A stretch of DNA of 64,000 nt from an uncultured virus (IMG/VR IMGVR_UViG_3300037499_000085). Lineage: Duplodnaviria; Heunggongvirae; Uroviricota; Caudoviricetes. The DNA lies in the IMG/VR virus record IMGVR_UViG_3300037499_000085. One strand, 5' to 3'. The notes below the pieces were generated by a model. That model did no database searches and was not told where the DNA came from. It was given only the letters and a program-made list of their open reading frames with translations. Both the position numbers and the translations under genes were made by a program. Below, piece after piece: positions 1 to 9,160 of this stretch. How positions within the stretch are numbered: position 1 is the stretch's first letter; every line of letters begins with the position of its first letter.

Positions 1-236
1 CCCCCGGCGTCCTTGGTCTGCTTGGCGCCCTGGTCGCTCCGGTACGCCGACTCCCGGTTGTGGCCCAGCTCGATCTTCAGCCGGAGTGAGCGGATGCCGC
101 CCCGGAAAGAGACGCGGGCCCGGAGGTGGTCATCGCCCGTAGCTCCAGCCGCGCGGGCGTCACGGCAGAACTTCTCAAGATCTACCAGGGTCATGTCCTC
201 GTCGGACTCGAAGCTGAAGGGCCGGTGCACGGTCAC
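1..236 (-). CDS. hypothetical protein, runs off the window start
   Basis: GTG at 236 overlaps the upstream TGA (GTGA); reads VTVHRPFSFESDEDMTLVDLEKFCRDAR... open to position 1. Confidence 0.6.
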   Translation of the reverse strand, partial: MTVHRPFSFESDEDMTLVDLEKFCRDARAAGATGDDHLRARVSFRGGIRSLRLKIELGHNRESAYRSDQGAKQTKDAG

Positions 237-436
237 AGGTTCCCGCCCTCGGTGGAAGCGAAGTAGTCGGCGAGGGCCCACCGGATCACGGCCGACTGCG
301 GCACGCTGTCCTTCCGGGCCGCCGCTACGAGCTTGCCGAACAGCTCCGGGGGCACCTGCGCGCCCACGTGCTTCCAGTCGGCCTGGAGGCCGGTGCCCTC
401 ACGCTCATCTTTGATCTTGCTGTTGTTTGCTGTCAT
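233..436 (-). CDS. ribbon-helix-helix (CopG/Arc-like) DNA-binding protein
   Basis: KHVGAQVPPELFGKLVAAARKDSVPQSAVIRWALADY fits the RHH pattern; ATG 436 lies 7 nt after TGT-TAGGAT (probably leaderless). Confidence 0.7.
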   Translation of the reverse strand: MTANNSKIKDEREGTGLQADWKHVGAQVPPELFGKLVAAARKDSVPQSAVIRWALADYFASTEGGNL

Positions 437-560
437 GCCATGAATCCTAACATCCAAGGTGTGTGGCCAGCGTGAGTTCCACATCGCGAGCGATGCGAGT
501 GGATCAAGGGGCCGGGCCTGATGGGCCTGTACGGGGCACGGCCACTTGTAAAGATCCAAA

Positions 561-780
561 GGGAGGGGCCCACTTTACGGTGTACAGGGGCTCTGACCTG
601 CAAAAACAGTGGGCCCCTCGGTGTGTGTAAAAAACCGTGCCCCTTGCCAAGGGGCCCGCAGGGGCCCACTTTTTCTGATCATGCCCCTGACCTGCGAAAA
701 AGATGGGCCCCTCAGTAGGGGCCCACAGGGGCCCGGCCTAGTGGGCCCCTGGGCCCCTCTCTTAGGAGAGGGGCCCACCC
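561..780. other. putative replication origin with GGGCCC iteron-like repeats
   Basis: 10 GGGCCC cores (AGGGGCCCAC / GTGGGCCCCT) in 566-776, non-coding, directly downstream of the Prim-Pol/helicase gene. Confidence 0.55.
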
Positions 781-813
781 AGGGGCACGGCGGTAGGGAG
801 GGGTGCAGAGACA

Positions 814-2832
814 TTACACAGAAGAGCTTTCTGTAGAGGAGATTTGATCTTGCTCCATGGCCGCTCGTTCCTGTCGAGCGACCAACGCAGTACGCCAGTC
901 GTCGGTCTTCCCCCGGATCTCTATGGAGCGGGCTTCGAGCCATGCGCGGGCACGGCGGAAGCTCAGTCCCAACGGGAGGTCTGCTTCGTTCATCTCGCGC
1001 ATGATCCGCTGAACGTTGGCACTTGGCCCCTGTGCCGTGCTCCGCGTTCCGCCACGGGGCCCCTGTGCGTCCCCAAGGGTGATGTAGGCCGCCGCACCCC
1101 GCTTCGGCTCGAACGGGTCCGGCCCCGGGATGGTCCCGAGCCGGAGCGCGTACCTCTGCCCGGCTTCCCCCTCCTTGGTCTTCCGCCGGATGAGGACCCG
1201 TGGGGCGTCGGGACTGCGGTCTTCGTTGTCCGGCCCGTCCAGCTTGATCACGTATGCATCGTCGGCGTCGTCCTCCTGACTCGACGAACCGCGCGCGTGG
1301 ATACCCTCGTACCCGGTGTGCGCCAGCATGATCACCGTACAGCCGGTCTCGTCCTTGATCTTCTGGAGACCTTCCATCACGGTGCCCTGGTCCTTGGCCT
1401 GGTTCTCGTCGATACCCGGGGCGCACCGGTGCAGGGTGTCGAAAATGACGACCTTCGCCCCGGTCTTGCGCATCTGACGGATGATCTTCGCGACCTCTTC
1501 CGGCTTGGTCGGGTTGAGCCCCTTGGGCGTTACGGTCAGGTCCTTGACGAGATCACCATCGTTGAACGCCTGTTCCCACGCCGCGATCCGGCTGAGGATG
1601 CCCCGGTGACCCTCTGCCGCGATGTACAGCACCGGCCCCGACTCGCACACCCGGTGACCCTCCCAGTCCTTGCCGGTGGCGATACAGCCTGCCCACGCCA
1701 GTGCCAGGAAAGTTTTGTACGTGCCGAACTTGCCGGACAGCCACACCACGGACGCCTTATTGATCATGTCTTCGATCAACGGCTCTACCGCCGGTAGGTT
1801 AACCAGCGCCTCACGTGTCAGGAACAGTTCGTCGGTGTCGTCCTCCGGCGCGTCCGGTGCGTCCCGCACCGCCGTGGACAGCAGATCGTTGAACTCGTCC
1901 TCGCGCCCGTCCCCGGTGGCCGCGTACCAGTCCTCTTCCAGCCGGTTGAAAACCCCCTTGGCCGCCACCTTGCCCTCGACCGCCGCGCGTGCCGCCCACC
2001 CGAGCGCTTGCATCATGGTGTCGTGGCGTGATCCTTCTTTGCGGCTGAACTTGGTGCGGATCTTGTCCACGAGATCGGGATCGAACTCGTCGGTGAAGTC
2101 CTCCTCGAACTCCTCCACCGACCTGCCCGCGCCCGGGGTGTGGTCGCGCTGGTCCTTGCTCAGGTGTTCCAGCCACGACGCGGGCAGATACGGTATGTCG
2201 TCCAGGCCGGGCGGTCCGCAAGCTTTGCCGTCCGGGTCGTACCACTGGTACTTCGATCCGGTTTTGGGATGCACCGAGGGCGCGACCACGGCGTACCGCA
2301 AGTGATGCTGGACCGTGTCGATGTCCGGTCCGGCCGCGCCTTCCAGCTCACCCGCGTTCTTCGGGATCTTGAAAAAGTGGATCCGGCTCGGGGAGGTCTC
2401 GCCGCGCGCGGTGCTGGTCCAGGTGGGGGGGAGTGGCCCGAGCCGTGTTTCCAGACTGGCGAGGGTGTCCGCCCCGGCTTTCGTGTTGCCGTGCCCGTCG
2501 TCGTACCCGTGGTCCACGTCGATGCCCACGTAGCCGGTGGGCAAACGCCATGCAAGGTTGTATGCCGCGTACTTGGCGATGGTCTTGGGGTCCGCGTACT
2601 CGTCCGGCTGTGTTTGCCTGCCGTCCCGGCCGTGCGCTCCCTTGAACGCGGGCAGTTTGGTCGACCGCACAAGCGGGATGATGCCGGTGTAGTCCTTCTG
2701 GGCGTACCGGAGAGCCGCCGATCCGTACGGCTGCGATGTGGTTTTCGCGTGGCCGTTCAGTGTGGTGTGCGCTCCGGGTTCACCGGGTGCGGGGCCCATG
2801 AGGAAGTCGACCGCAGATGACGGAGTGGTCAT
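814..2832 (-). CDS. bifunctional primase-polymerase (Prim-Pol) fused to an AAA_25/RepA-like helicase
   Basis: N-terminal GIDVD and HFF Prim-Pol motifs; P-loop GKFGTYKT, VVIFDT and HTG...RGSS helicase motifs. Confidence 0.9.
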   Translation of the reverse strand: MTTPSSAVDFLMGPAPGEPGAHTTLNGHAKTTSQPYGSAALRYAQKDYTGIIPLVRSTKLPAFKGAHGRDGRQTQPDEYADPKTIAKYAAYNLAWRLPTGYVGIDVDHGYDDGHGNTKAGADTLASLETRLGPLPPTWTSTARGETSPSRIHFFKIPKNAGELEGAAGPDIDTVQHHLRYAVVAPSVHPKTGSKYQWYDPDGKACGPPGLDDIPYLPASWLEHLSKDQRDHTPGAGRSVEEFEEDFTDEFDPDLVDKIRTKFSRKEGSRHDTMMQALGWAARAAVEGKVAAKGVFNRLEEDWYAATGDGREDEFNDLLSTAVRDAPDAPEDDTDELFLTREALVNLPAVEPLIEDMINKASVVWLSGKFGTYKTFLALAWAGCIATGKDWEGHRVCESGPVLYIAAEGHRGILSRIAAWEQAFNDGDLVKDLTVTPKGLNPTKPEEVAKIIRQMRKTGAKVVIFDTLHRCAPGIDENQAKDQGTVMEGLQKIKDETGCTVIMLAHTGYEGIHARGSSSQEDDADDAYVIKLDGPDNEDRSPDAPRVLIRRKTKEGEAGQRYALRLGTIPGPDPFEPKRGAAAYITLGDAQGPRGGTRSTAQGPSANVQRIMREMNEADLPLGLSFRRARAWLEARSIEIRGKTDDWRTALVARQERAAMEQDQISSTESSSV

Positions 2833-2973
2833 ACCCGGTACCCCGCCGCCGCCGTTGTCACGCGGACAGGTCCGCTCTTGATACTGTGGTACATGGCAGC
2901 TCGCTCCTGCTCGTTGGCCCCCGGTGACCATGCGCCTGGTCCCGGGGGTCACTCATGTTCGGGGTGCCCCATC

Positions 2974-3603
2974 TTAGGGGCGGGGGGTCCCGCTCTCGCC
3001 ATGCTCGAACCGCGCGGACCGAGCGGCCATCAGGGCGTCGTTGATCCGCTGTGCTTCAGCATTCGCAGCATCCAGGGTCGGCCCTGTCAGGCTCGGGGGT
3101 TCCCCTCCCGGTAGCCACAGGGACTGGACGGCGTCCCAATGATCCACGGGTATCCCGTGACACCTTTCGATGTCCGCTACGAGATCTCTGGACGGACCAA
3201 GGGTGTGGGTCGGGTCGGTGCTCGGGGGGACGATCGCGTACTGCGGCATGGCTGTCAGCACGGGTATCCCGATCACCAGTTCTTGACGGATCTTCATGCC
3301 CGTAACTTTCCGGGGGACGTCGCCCGGGATCATCCGTACCTTGTTCCCGGTCTCCGACACGGCGTGTCCTAGTTCGATCAATAGCCGGAGTTCTCGTTTG
3401 GTCGGCTTCTGCCCTTTGATCTCTACCCACGCCCCCGCGTCCGGGAGGCGGAAATCAGGGAGGTACCGGCCGCTGGGAAGTTCGAATCCCTCCGGCTCGT
3501 ACTCCCAGCCGATCTTCAGAGCGTCGAAGAACACCGCCCATCGAGCTTCGAGGCGGCTGCGGAACCGGCACCCCGCGTAACGGGTCTCAATGGCTTTGAT
3601 CAT
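2974..3603 (-). CDS. PD-(D/E)xK-family nuclease-like phage protein
   Basis: FRSRLEARWA...YEPEGF...YLPDF...VEIKG; RBS AGGAGGAG. Confidence 0.7.
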   Translation of the reverse strand: MIKAIETRYAGCRFRSRLEARWAVFFDALKIGWEYEPEGFELPSGRYLPDFRLPDAGAWVEIKGQKPTKRELRLLIELGHAVSETGNKVRMIPGDVPRKVTGMKIRQELVIGIPVLTAMPQYAIVPPSTDPTHTLGPSRDLVADIERCHGIPVDHWDAVQSLWLPGGEPPSLTGPTLDAANAEAQRINDALMAARSARFEHGESGTPRP

Positions 3604-3617
3604 GTTCTCCTCCTGTT

Positions 3618-3744
3618 GTTACCGCCCGGTAAGAGATCCAAAGCTCTGTGCGTCCCGCTGACGAGATCGTTTGTCTCCCGGACCCCCTTTCACCAGGACT
3701 AAGATCAAAAGCATTTTGCCTGGTCAGGCGATGGTTGGAGCGAA
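3618..3744 (+). repeat. dispersed intergenic element, copy A
   Basis: shares GTAAGAGATCCAAAGCTCTGTGCGTCC with copy C (42347) and AAGATCAAAAG..TTTTGCCTGGTCAG with copy D (reverse complement). Confidence 0.85.
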
Positions 3745-3777
3745 CCTCTCGATTCGGACACTTGATCTTGCTCACGC

Positions 3778-3996
3778 TCAGTAGTCCGCACGCTCGGGTA
3801 CGAGCAGCGCGTCCAGCTCTTCGCGCTTGATCAGAGTCCGGCCGGTGCCGGTCCGGTACCGGGTGAGCCTGCCTTCCTTGAGCCACCGGTAGATCGTCGG
3901 GATGGTCCGGCCGGAGAGCGTGGCCGCCTCGCGCACGGTGACGTACCCGGAGTCGTTCGAGTTCACGATGATGATCCTTTTCTGGTTCGGGGACAT
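3778..3996 (-). CDS. excisionase-like / MerR-type HTH DNA-binding protein
   Basis: YVTVREAATLSGRTIPTIYRWLKEGRL...IKREELDALL; start at ATG 3996 (leaderless after TGG-TAAAGT) or GTG 3966. Confidence 0.85.
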   Translation of the reverse strand: MSPNQKRIIIVNSNDSGYVTVREAATLSGRTIPTIYRWLKEGRLTRYRTGTGRTLIKREELDALLVPERADY

Positions 3997-4019
3997 GTAG
4001 ATCACTTTACCATGACGTG

Positions 4020-4048
4020 TTGCAATCGCTATCGGCGGCATGTAGCTT
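4020..4048 (+). promoter_or_regulatory. housekeeping-sigma-type promoter for the rightward operon
   Basis: TTGCAA-N17-TAGCTT in the divergent intergenic region. Confidence 0.6.
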
Positions 4049-4089
4049 GGGAAGCGAACGACCACGACCACCTAGAGGAAGATCACCAC

Positions 4090-5322
4090 ATGCCCCAGTT
4101 TCACGAACTGGCAGATATCGTCCCCCTGATGGAGGGCGAGGCTTTCGAGCGGCTCGTCGAGGACGTCCGGGCGCACGGCGTTCTGGACGCCATCGTGCTG
4201 TACGAAGGCAAGATCCTTGACGGCCGCAACCGTTACCGCGCGCTGGACGAGGTCAACAAGGGCCGGACGCCCACCGAGCGCATGGCTCACCGGGAGATCA
4301 AGTTCGAGGAGCGCTACCCGGACACCGATCCGGCCGAATTCGTCTGGTCCAAGAACGTGGCCCGGCGTCAGCTCACCCCGGGTCAGGAAGCACTGGCCGC
4401 CTCCAAGATGGCCACCGTCAAAGTCGGCAGCAACCAATACGCCCGTAAGTACCTCCCGGAAGGCTCTGCCGATCGGCAGAACCAGGCCAGTGCCGTTCAC
4501 GAGGTGTCGAAGAGCACCGGCGTGCCGGTCCGGAACATCGGGAAGGCCCGTGCCGTACAGCAGAAGGCCATCCCCGAGGTCACGGAGAAGGTGGCGTCCG
4601 GCGCACTCGCGCTCGACGTCGCCGACCAGATCGCCAAGCTTCCCGAGGAGAAGCAGGCAGAGGTTGTCGAACTGGGGGACGTCCGCAAGATCCGCAACGC
4701 CATCCGTGAAGCCAAGGGAGAAGCGCCGGTGAACAACGGTGCCCCGGGCCGTGGCCGCGTCGGTCCCAAGATCCTCATGGCCCGTCACATGGATCTTCCC
4801 GACCTTTCCATGGTCCAGAAGATCGGCGAGGACTGGGAAGAGAACGCTGAGCTGATCAAGGAGCTGGACCCCGAGCGGGTGACGGAGTTCCTGGCCATGC
4901 TCAAGAAGTCCCGCACCGCCACCACCCGGCTCATCAACCTGATCGAGCACGGTGACGTCCGGGGCACGCTGGCCAAGTCCAGCTCACTCAAGACGTCGGG
5001 CGCCAAGGGCAACGCTGCCAGTACTACGGCCACGGCCGCCCGGAAGAAGGCCGCGCCGAAGGCGTCGGCAGCGAAGAAGGCGCCCGGCACGATCACCGCG
5101 TCCGGCGCTCCCACGGTGCCGTCCGTCCGTAAAGCCGTAGCCAACAGCAAGGCACCGACCACCGCCTCCAAGACCGCCAAGGCCACGGCCGCCGCCAAGG
5201 CCGTACGCGCCGACAAGGCCGATGCCCTCCGCAAGATCGCCACCCCGGCACCCGCCGAGGCGGTCACTTCAGATGCGCCTGTCGTGAGCGCAGCGAACGA
5301 GAAGAGCGAGACCACCAAGTGA
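4090..5322 (+). CDS. ParB N-terminal-like domain protein with HTH and a Lys/Ala-rich histone-like tail
   Basis: GKILDGRNRYRA ParB-like motif, NVARRQLT, C-terminal AARKKAAPKASAAKKAP tract. Confidence 0.75.
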   Translation: MPQFHELADIVPLMEGEAFERLVEDVRAHGVLDAIVLYEGKILDGRNRYRALDEVNKGRTPTERMAHREIKFEERYPDTDPAEFVWSKNVARRQLTPGQEALAASKMATVKVGSNQYARKYLPEGSADRQNQASAVHEVSKSTGVPVRNIGKARAVQQKAIPEVTEKVASGALALDVADQIAKLPEEKQAEVVELGDVRKIRNAIREAKGEAPVNNGAPGRGRVGPKILMARHMDLPDLSMVQKIGEDWEENAELIKELDPERVTEFLAMLKKSRTATTRLINLIEHGDVRGTLAKSSSLKTSGAKGNAASTTATAARKKAAPKASAAKKAPGTITASGAPTVPSVRKAVANSKAPTTASKTAKATAAAKAVRADKADALRKIATPAPAEAVTSDAPVVSAANEKSETTK

Positions 5323-6140
5323 TCAAAACTGAAACGCGGGAACTCCCCGCCAGCATCCTGACGATCGACCCCCGGGTGCAGCGGAAGCTGGACCAGCGCC
5401 GGGTGGACAAGCTGGCCGCCGAGTGGGATGACCTCATGGTCGGCATCCTCACTGTGTCGCGCCGCACGTCGGCCGTCCCCGGTGATCCGTTCCACGACAA
5501 CGACGCGCCGGACGAGTTCGTCGTCCTGGACGGGCAGACCCGTCTCGCCGCTTTCCGTCAGGTGTGCGGCCAGGACACCGACATGCTGATCCTGGCGCAG
5601 GTGCACATCGGCCTGACTCTCGAAGAGGAAGCGGAGATCTTCCTCAAGCACAACAACCGGAAGGCCGTCAGCTCCACGGACCGGTTCCGTATCGCCGTGG
5701 TGGCCGGTGAGCCGTGGGCCCTCGACATCACCGAGATCCTGGCCGAGCACAACTGGACGGCGCGCGGCGTCACGGTCGACGGCAAGCCCATGCGTCAGTT
5801 CAGCGGTGTGATGGCCGCAGAGAAGATCTACCGTCAGGGCGGCTACAAGGCGCTCAAGAACACGTTCGTCACCATCGAGAACGCGTGGGGGTCCCGGGGC
5901 GAGGCGGTGTGCACGCACACCCTGTACGGGCTCGGTCTGCTACACGCCCGTCACCCCGAGCTGACCTCCAAGCAGCTTCACGGGCTGGTCACCAAGCTGT
6001 CCAAGGTGTCGGTCGGCACGTTCATCGGTGAGATCACCTCGGACCGGCGCCGGTATAACCAGTCCCTCCAGTCGGCCGCGTACAGCTACGTGATCGAGCT
6101 GTACAACAAGGGCCGCAGCGGAAACAACCGGCTGAGCTGA
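5319..6140 (+). CDS. ParB-like (DUF6551-type) protein
   Basis: IDPRVQR...VVLDGQTRLAA...EEAEIFLKHN; start overlaps the upstream stop. Confidence 0.7.
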   Translation: MIKTETRELPASILTIDPRVQRKLDQRRVDKLAAEWDDLMVGILTVSRRTSAVPGDPFHDNDAPDEFVVLDGQTRLAAFRQVCGQDTDMLILAQVHIGLTLEEEAEIFLKHNNRKAVSSTDRFRIAVVAGEPWALDITEILAEHNWTARGVTVDGKPMRQFSGVMAAEKIYRQGGYKALKNTFVTIENAWGSRGEAVCTHTLYGLGLLHARHPELTSKQLHGLVTKLSKVSVGTFIGEITSDRRRYNQSLQSAAYSYVIELYNKGRSGNNRLS

Positions 6141-6197
6141 CCAGTGACCGCCACGGGGCGCCGGATGAACTCCGGCGCCCCCCGTGAAGGAGAACCG

Positions 6198-6560
6198 ATG
6201 AGCGAATTGATCATCACACTCTTGAGTGTGTCCGCCTACTTCACCGGCTGGGCCTTCGGAACCCGGTTGATCTACGGCCGGTTGCGGTCCAGGTCTATCG
6301 CCTACAACACGAAACGATGGCCCACCTTGTACGAATCCGATCCCATAGATCACTGGAATCACAGGGACCGGTCCCAAGTGATCATTTCTTCCATGCTGTT
6401 CGGGCTGGTATGGCCGCTGATACCGCTGATGCTCCCGGCCCGGAAGCTGGGACGGTGGATCTTCGGTCACCCCCCGCTGTCCGCCGTGGAACGGGAGATC
6501 GAGCACCGGCGCATGGCGGACCGGATCGCCGGACTGGAACGGGAGCTGAAGATCAAATGA
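6198..6560 (+). CDS. membrane protein, paralog of 7059-7466
   Basis: two hydrophobic segments, YGR, LVWPL and a C-terminal RIAGLERELK coil. Confidence 0.7.
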   Translation: MSELIITLLSVSAYFTGWAFGTRLIYGRLRSRSIAYNTKRWPTLYESDPIDHWNHRDRSQVIISSMLFGLVWPLIPLMLPARKLGRWIFGHPPLSAVEREIEHRRMADRIAGLERELKIK

Positions 6561-6841
6561 TCTGTCCTTCATGCGCCGAGGGCGACCACTGCAACGACTC
6601 GGGTTGTACCTGCGGGCATCGCCCCCGTGCTCCTCGCCGGGCCCTGACGGACCCTCTCGTGCCGCTCGGGCCCGAGCCGGTACGTCCGGACCTGTCGGTC
6701 CCCCCCGTGCCCTCAGCGGACAGCACACGGCCGTTCACGGCTGTACTGGCCGAATGGCTGCGCGAGCACCGTGCCGGTCATTTCGCCCGCGCGGCTGTAC
6801 TCCGGCGCCGGTTGACCGACTACATCGAGAGGACGGACTAA
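6557..6841 (+). CDS. hypothetical Cys-rich protein
   Basis: ATGA coupling; MICPSCAEGDHCNDSGCTCGH. Confidence 0.6.
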   Translation: MICPSCAEGDHCNDSGCTCGHRPRAPRRALTDPLVPLGPEPVRPDLSVPPVPSADSTRPFTAVLAEWLREHRAGHFARAAVLRRRLTDYIERTD

Positions 6842-7062
6842 TGGCCGACGAAGCGTTCCAGAAGATCGTCACGTACGGGTGCAACGTGCCCCCGGGGGGT
6901 GCTCCGGACTGGGTTCGCGCGGAGCTTCGTCCGCTGGTCCAGGGTCTGTTCGACGAGGTAGCCGGAGAGATCGCCGCTCACTGGGGACCGACCGACGTCA
7001 ACGCCGAGGGTCTGGCGTTCGCGCTCGGTTATCTGCACACCCGCTACGGAGGCACCGAATGA
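6841..7062 (+). CDS. hypothetical protein
   Basis: TAATG coupling, RBS GAGG. Confidence 0.6.
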   Translation: MADEAFQKIVTYGCNVPPGGAPDWVRAELRPLVQGLFDEVAGEIAAHWGPTDVNAEGLAFALGYLHTRYGGTE

Positions 7063-7466
7063 TCACTGCACTCATCGTGTCCGGCTCCGTCGGTTCATAC
7101 CTCGCCGTGGCTCTGCTGGTCGCACGCGTCACCTACGGCCGCATCTACCGCGAGGAGATCGGCAGACATTCGATTCTGCCCGGCACCCCGGAGTGGAACG
7201 TCACCGGAATCAAGAAAAAGGCCCGGTACGAGGCTCGCGTCGATGCCGGATGGATGTCCGTCATATGGCCGCTGAGCGTGCCGCTGTGGCTGGTCTTCGA
7301 GACCGGCTTCTGGGCCTGCCGCCGGTTCGTGACGGACGGGGTGCGGGAGCCGGACAGTGTCCGTGCCTGGGACCAGGCGCACCGCATCGGGGATCTTGAA
7401 CACGAGGTGGCCGAGCTGAAGCGTGCCGCCGGTGACGACTACGACGAGGAGGAAGATCGTGACTGA
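7059..7466 (+). CDS. membrane protein, paralog of 6198-6560
   Basis: TM segment, YGR, VIWPL, RIGDLEHEVAELK. Confidence 0.7.
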   Translation: MITALIVSGSVGSYLAVALLVARVTYGRIYREEIGRHSILPGTPEWNVTGIKKKARYEARVDAGWMSVIWPLSVPLWLVFETGFWACRRFVTDGVREPDSVRAWDQAHRIGDLEHEVAELKRAAGDDYDEEEDRD

Positions 7467-7839
7467 CGTATCAGAGATCGCACGCCGGTACCGCACCGCC
7501 AACGTACTCGGCGAAGTCATGGCCGAACGAGCGAAGCAGTACGAGAAGTGGGGAGACCAGGTTCTCCCGTTCCATCAGCCCGGAGATCACAACGGCGTGG
7601 TCATCGTCGGCCGCTCGTACACGGTCATGGCGGAGATGATGAAGACCCGCTGTGACATCTACCGGGACCACGCACTGGCCGGTCACCCCGACCTGCGGAA
7701 CAACGCGCTGGTCCTCCTGGAAGAGGTCTTCGAGGCACTGGCCGAGACGGACCCTGTGAAGATCCGCGCGGAGCTGGTACAGGTCGCAGCGGTAGCGGTC
7801 AAGGCAATCGAGACCCTGGACCGCCGGGAGGTCTCGTGA
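7459..7839 (+). CDS. MazG-like nucleotide pyrophosphohydrolase
   Basis: VLLEEVFEAL...AELVQVAAVAV motif. Confidence 0.65.
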   Translation: MTDVSEIARRYRTANVLGEVMAERAKQYEKWGDQVLPFHQPGDHNGVVIVGRSYTVMAEMMKTRCDIYRDHALAGHPDLRNNALVLLEEVFEALAETDPVKIRAELVQVAAVAVKAIETLDRREVS

Positions 7840-8264
7840 GCGACTGGCTTATCAGCTACGGATCCTGGTGCCTCGCGCCGTTCGGACTGCTGGGAATGTG
7901 GGCCGCCGGACGGAAAAAGGCGTGGGGCTGGGCCCTGTCGTTGTGCACTCAGGTCCTGTGGGGCTTCTACGCGGTAGGCACCGGGCAGTACGGGTTCCTG
8001 ATAGGGACGTGCTCTTACGCACTGGTCTACGCCCGGAATTGGCACATCTGGCGTCGCGACGCACGCGACAGCAACGAAGGAGCCAAGGAGGACGACCGGC
8101 CGTCCGAGCAGGAAGTGCGCGCGGCTGAGTGCGTGATCAATGACCAGAAGGCCACCCTCGACGAGGTGGCCGCCGCCGACACGGTACTGCGCCGGGCCGA
8201 GCAAGAGGGCGTCTGGCCGGACAACCGCCCCGGTGTCAAGCACAGCGACGAAGGAGCCAAGTGA
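7836..8264 (+). CDS. PnuC-like membrane protein
   Basis: three TM helices with GRKKAWGW...QYGF...YARNW. Confidence 0.55.
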   Translation: MSDWLISYGSWCLAPFGLLGMWAAGRKKAWGWALSLCTQVLWGFYAVGTGQYGFLIGTCSYALVYARNWHIWRRDARDSNEGAKEDDRPSEQEVRAAECVINDQKATLDEVAAADTVLRRAEQEGVWPDNRPGVKHSDEGAK

Positions 8265-8527
8265 TGGCCCGGCCGTACAGCGGTGCCAAACCGTGGAAGC
8301 CCTATCCCTCGCAACTGGAAGCCCTCCGGGCCGTGGCCGACGGCTGCTCGCTCAGCGAGGGGGGCCGGAAGATCGGTCTGGAACAGCAGGACATGGCCAG
8401 TCGAATATCCAGCCTGTACACGAGGCTCGGTATCACTGCGGACAACGCGCCGGGTCACCATCTGTCGCAGCACCGCCGATGGGTCGCCATCAAGATCTGC
8501 AAGGACCACGGATGGTGGGACGAATGA
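8261..8527 (+). CDS. LuxR-like HTH DNA-binding protein
   Basis: SQLEALRAVADGCSLSEGGRKIG...LYTRLG. Confidence 0.65.
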   Translation: MMARPYSGAKPWKPYPSQLEALRAVADGCSLSEGGRKIGLEQQDMASRISSLYTRLGITADNAPGHHLSQHRRWVAIKICKDHGWWDE

Positions 8528-8772
8528 GTGCGTACCTGATGACCGGTGAGTTCCGGGACTTCGTGATCGACATAGGCGAGGACGGCGGAAAACTGACGAT
8601 CACGCAGTCCGTGCCGCCGGTCTACCTGATCAATGGTGGAGTGGTCAACGAAGCCGCCGCGTACGCCTGGATCCGGCACTGGCACGCTCTTCGGGACGCA
8701 GCCACACCCGTCGATCCGCCGTTCTCATGCTTGTGCGAGCCGTGCCAGAAGACCCGGGAGCTGCACCGGTGA
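8524..8772 (+). CDS. hypothetical protein
   Basis: ATGA coupling; C-terminal CLCEPC. Confidence 0.55.
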   Translation: MSAYLMTGEFRDFVIDIGEDGGKLTITQSVPPVYLINGGVVNEAAAYAWIRHWHALRDAATPVDPPFSCLCEPCQKTRELHR

Positions 8773-8972
8773 CCCCCCGTCAGGCGAGGCCCCGGCCGAC
8801 CAAGCACACCGGTCTGCTCGGGGTACAGGCCGACTGTGACGACTGTCTCTGGCAGTCCTGTGAACGCAACGCTTCGGGTACGGCCGCGTGCCATGCCCGG
8901 GACTACGGCCACACCGTACGCGTAGAGCAGACCACCATCGTCATCTACAACAAGAAGGACCCGCAATCGTGA
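8769..8972 (+). CDS. small Cys/His protein
   Basis: GTGA coupling; CDDC...HARDYGH. Confidence 0.55.
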   Translation: MTPRQARPRPTKHTGLLGVQADCDDCLWQSCERNASGTAACHARDYGHTVRVEQTTIVIYNKKDPQS

Positions 8973-9160
8973 TCAGTGAGCTGACCCTGGCCGAGCTGCG
9001 CTGCAAGCACGCTCAGCTATCCCTCAGGGCCGAACAGGGGCGGGCCCGGTGGCGCGGCATGGTCAACGCGTCATCAGGCGCTGCCGCCGCCGGTCGGCGT
9101 GTCAAGGATCTTCAGGCCCGTGCCGGTGAGTACGAGATGATCATCAGGAGCCTCACATGA
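8969..9160 (+). CDS. hypothetical protein
   Basis: 4-nt overlaps at both ends. Confidence 0.55.
   Translation: MISELTLAELRCKHAQLSLRAEQGRARWRGMVNASSGAAAAGRRVKDLQARAGEYEMIIRSLT

Noticed and set aside
3778..3996. Integration module implied by the excisionase-like gene
   Set aside because: No integrase or att site is visible in this window; the HTH may simply be a regulator
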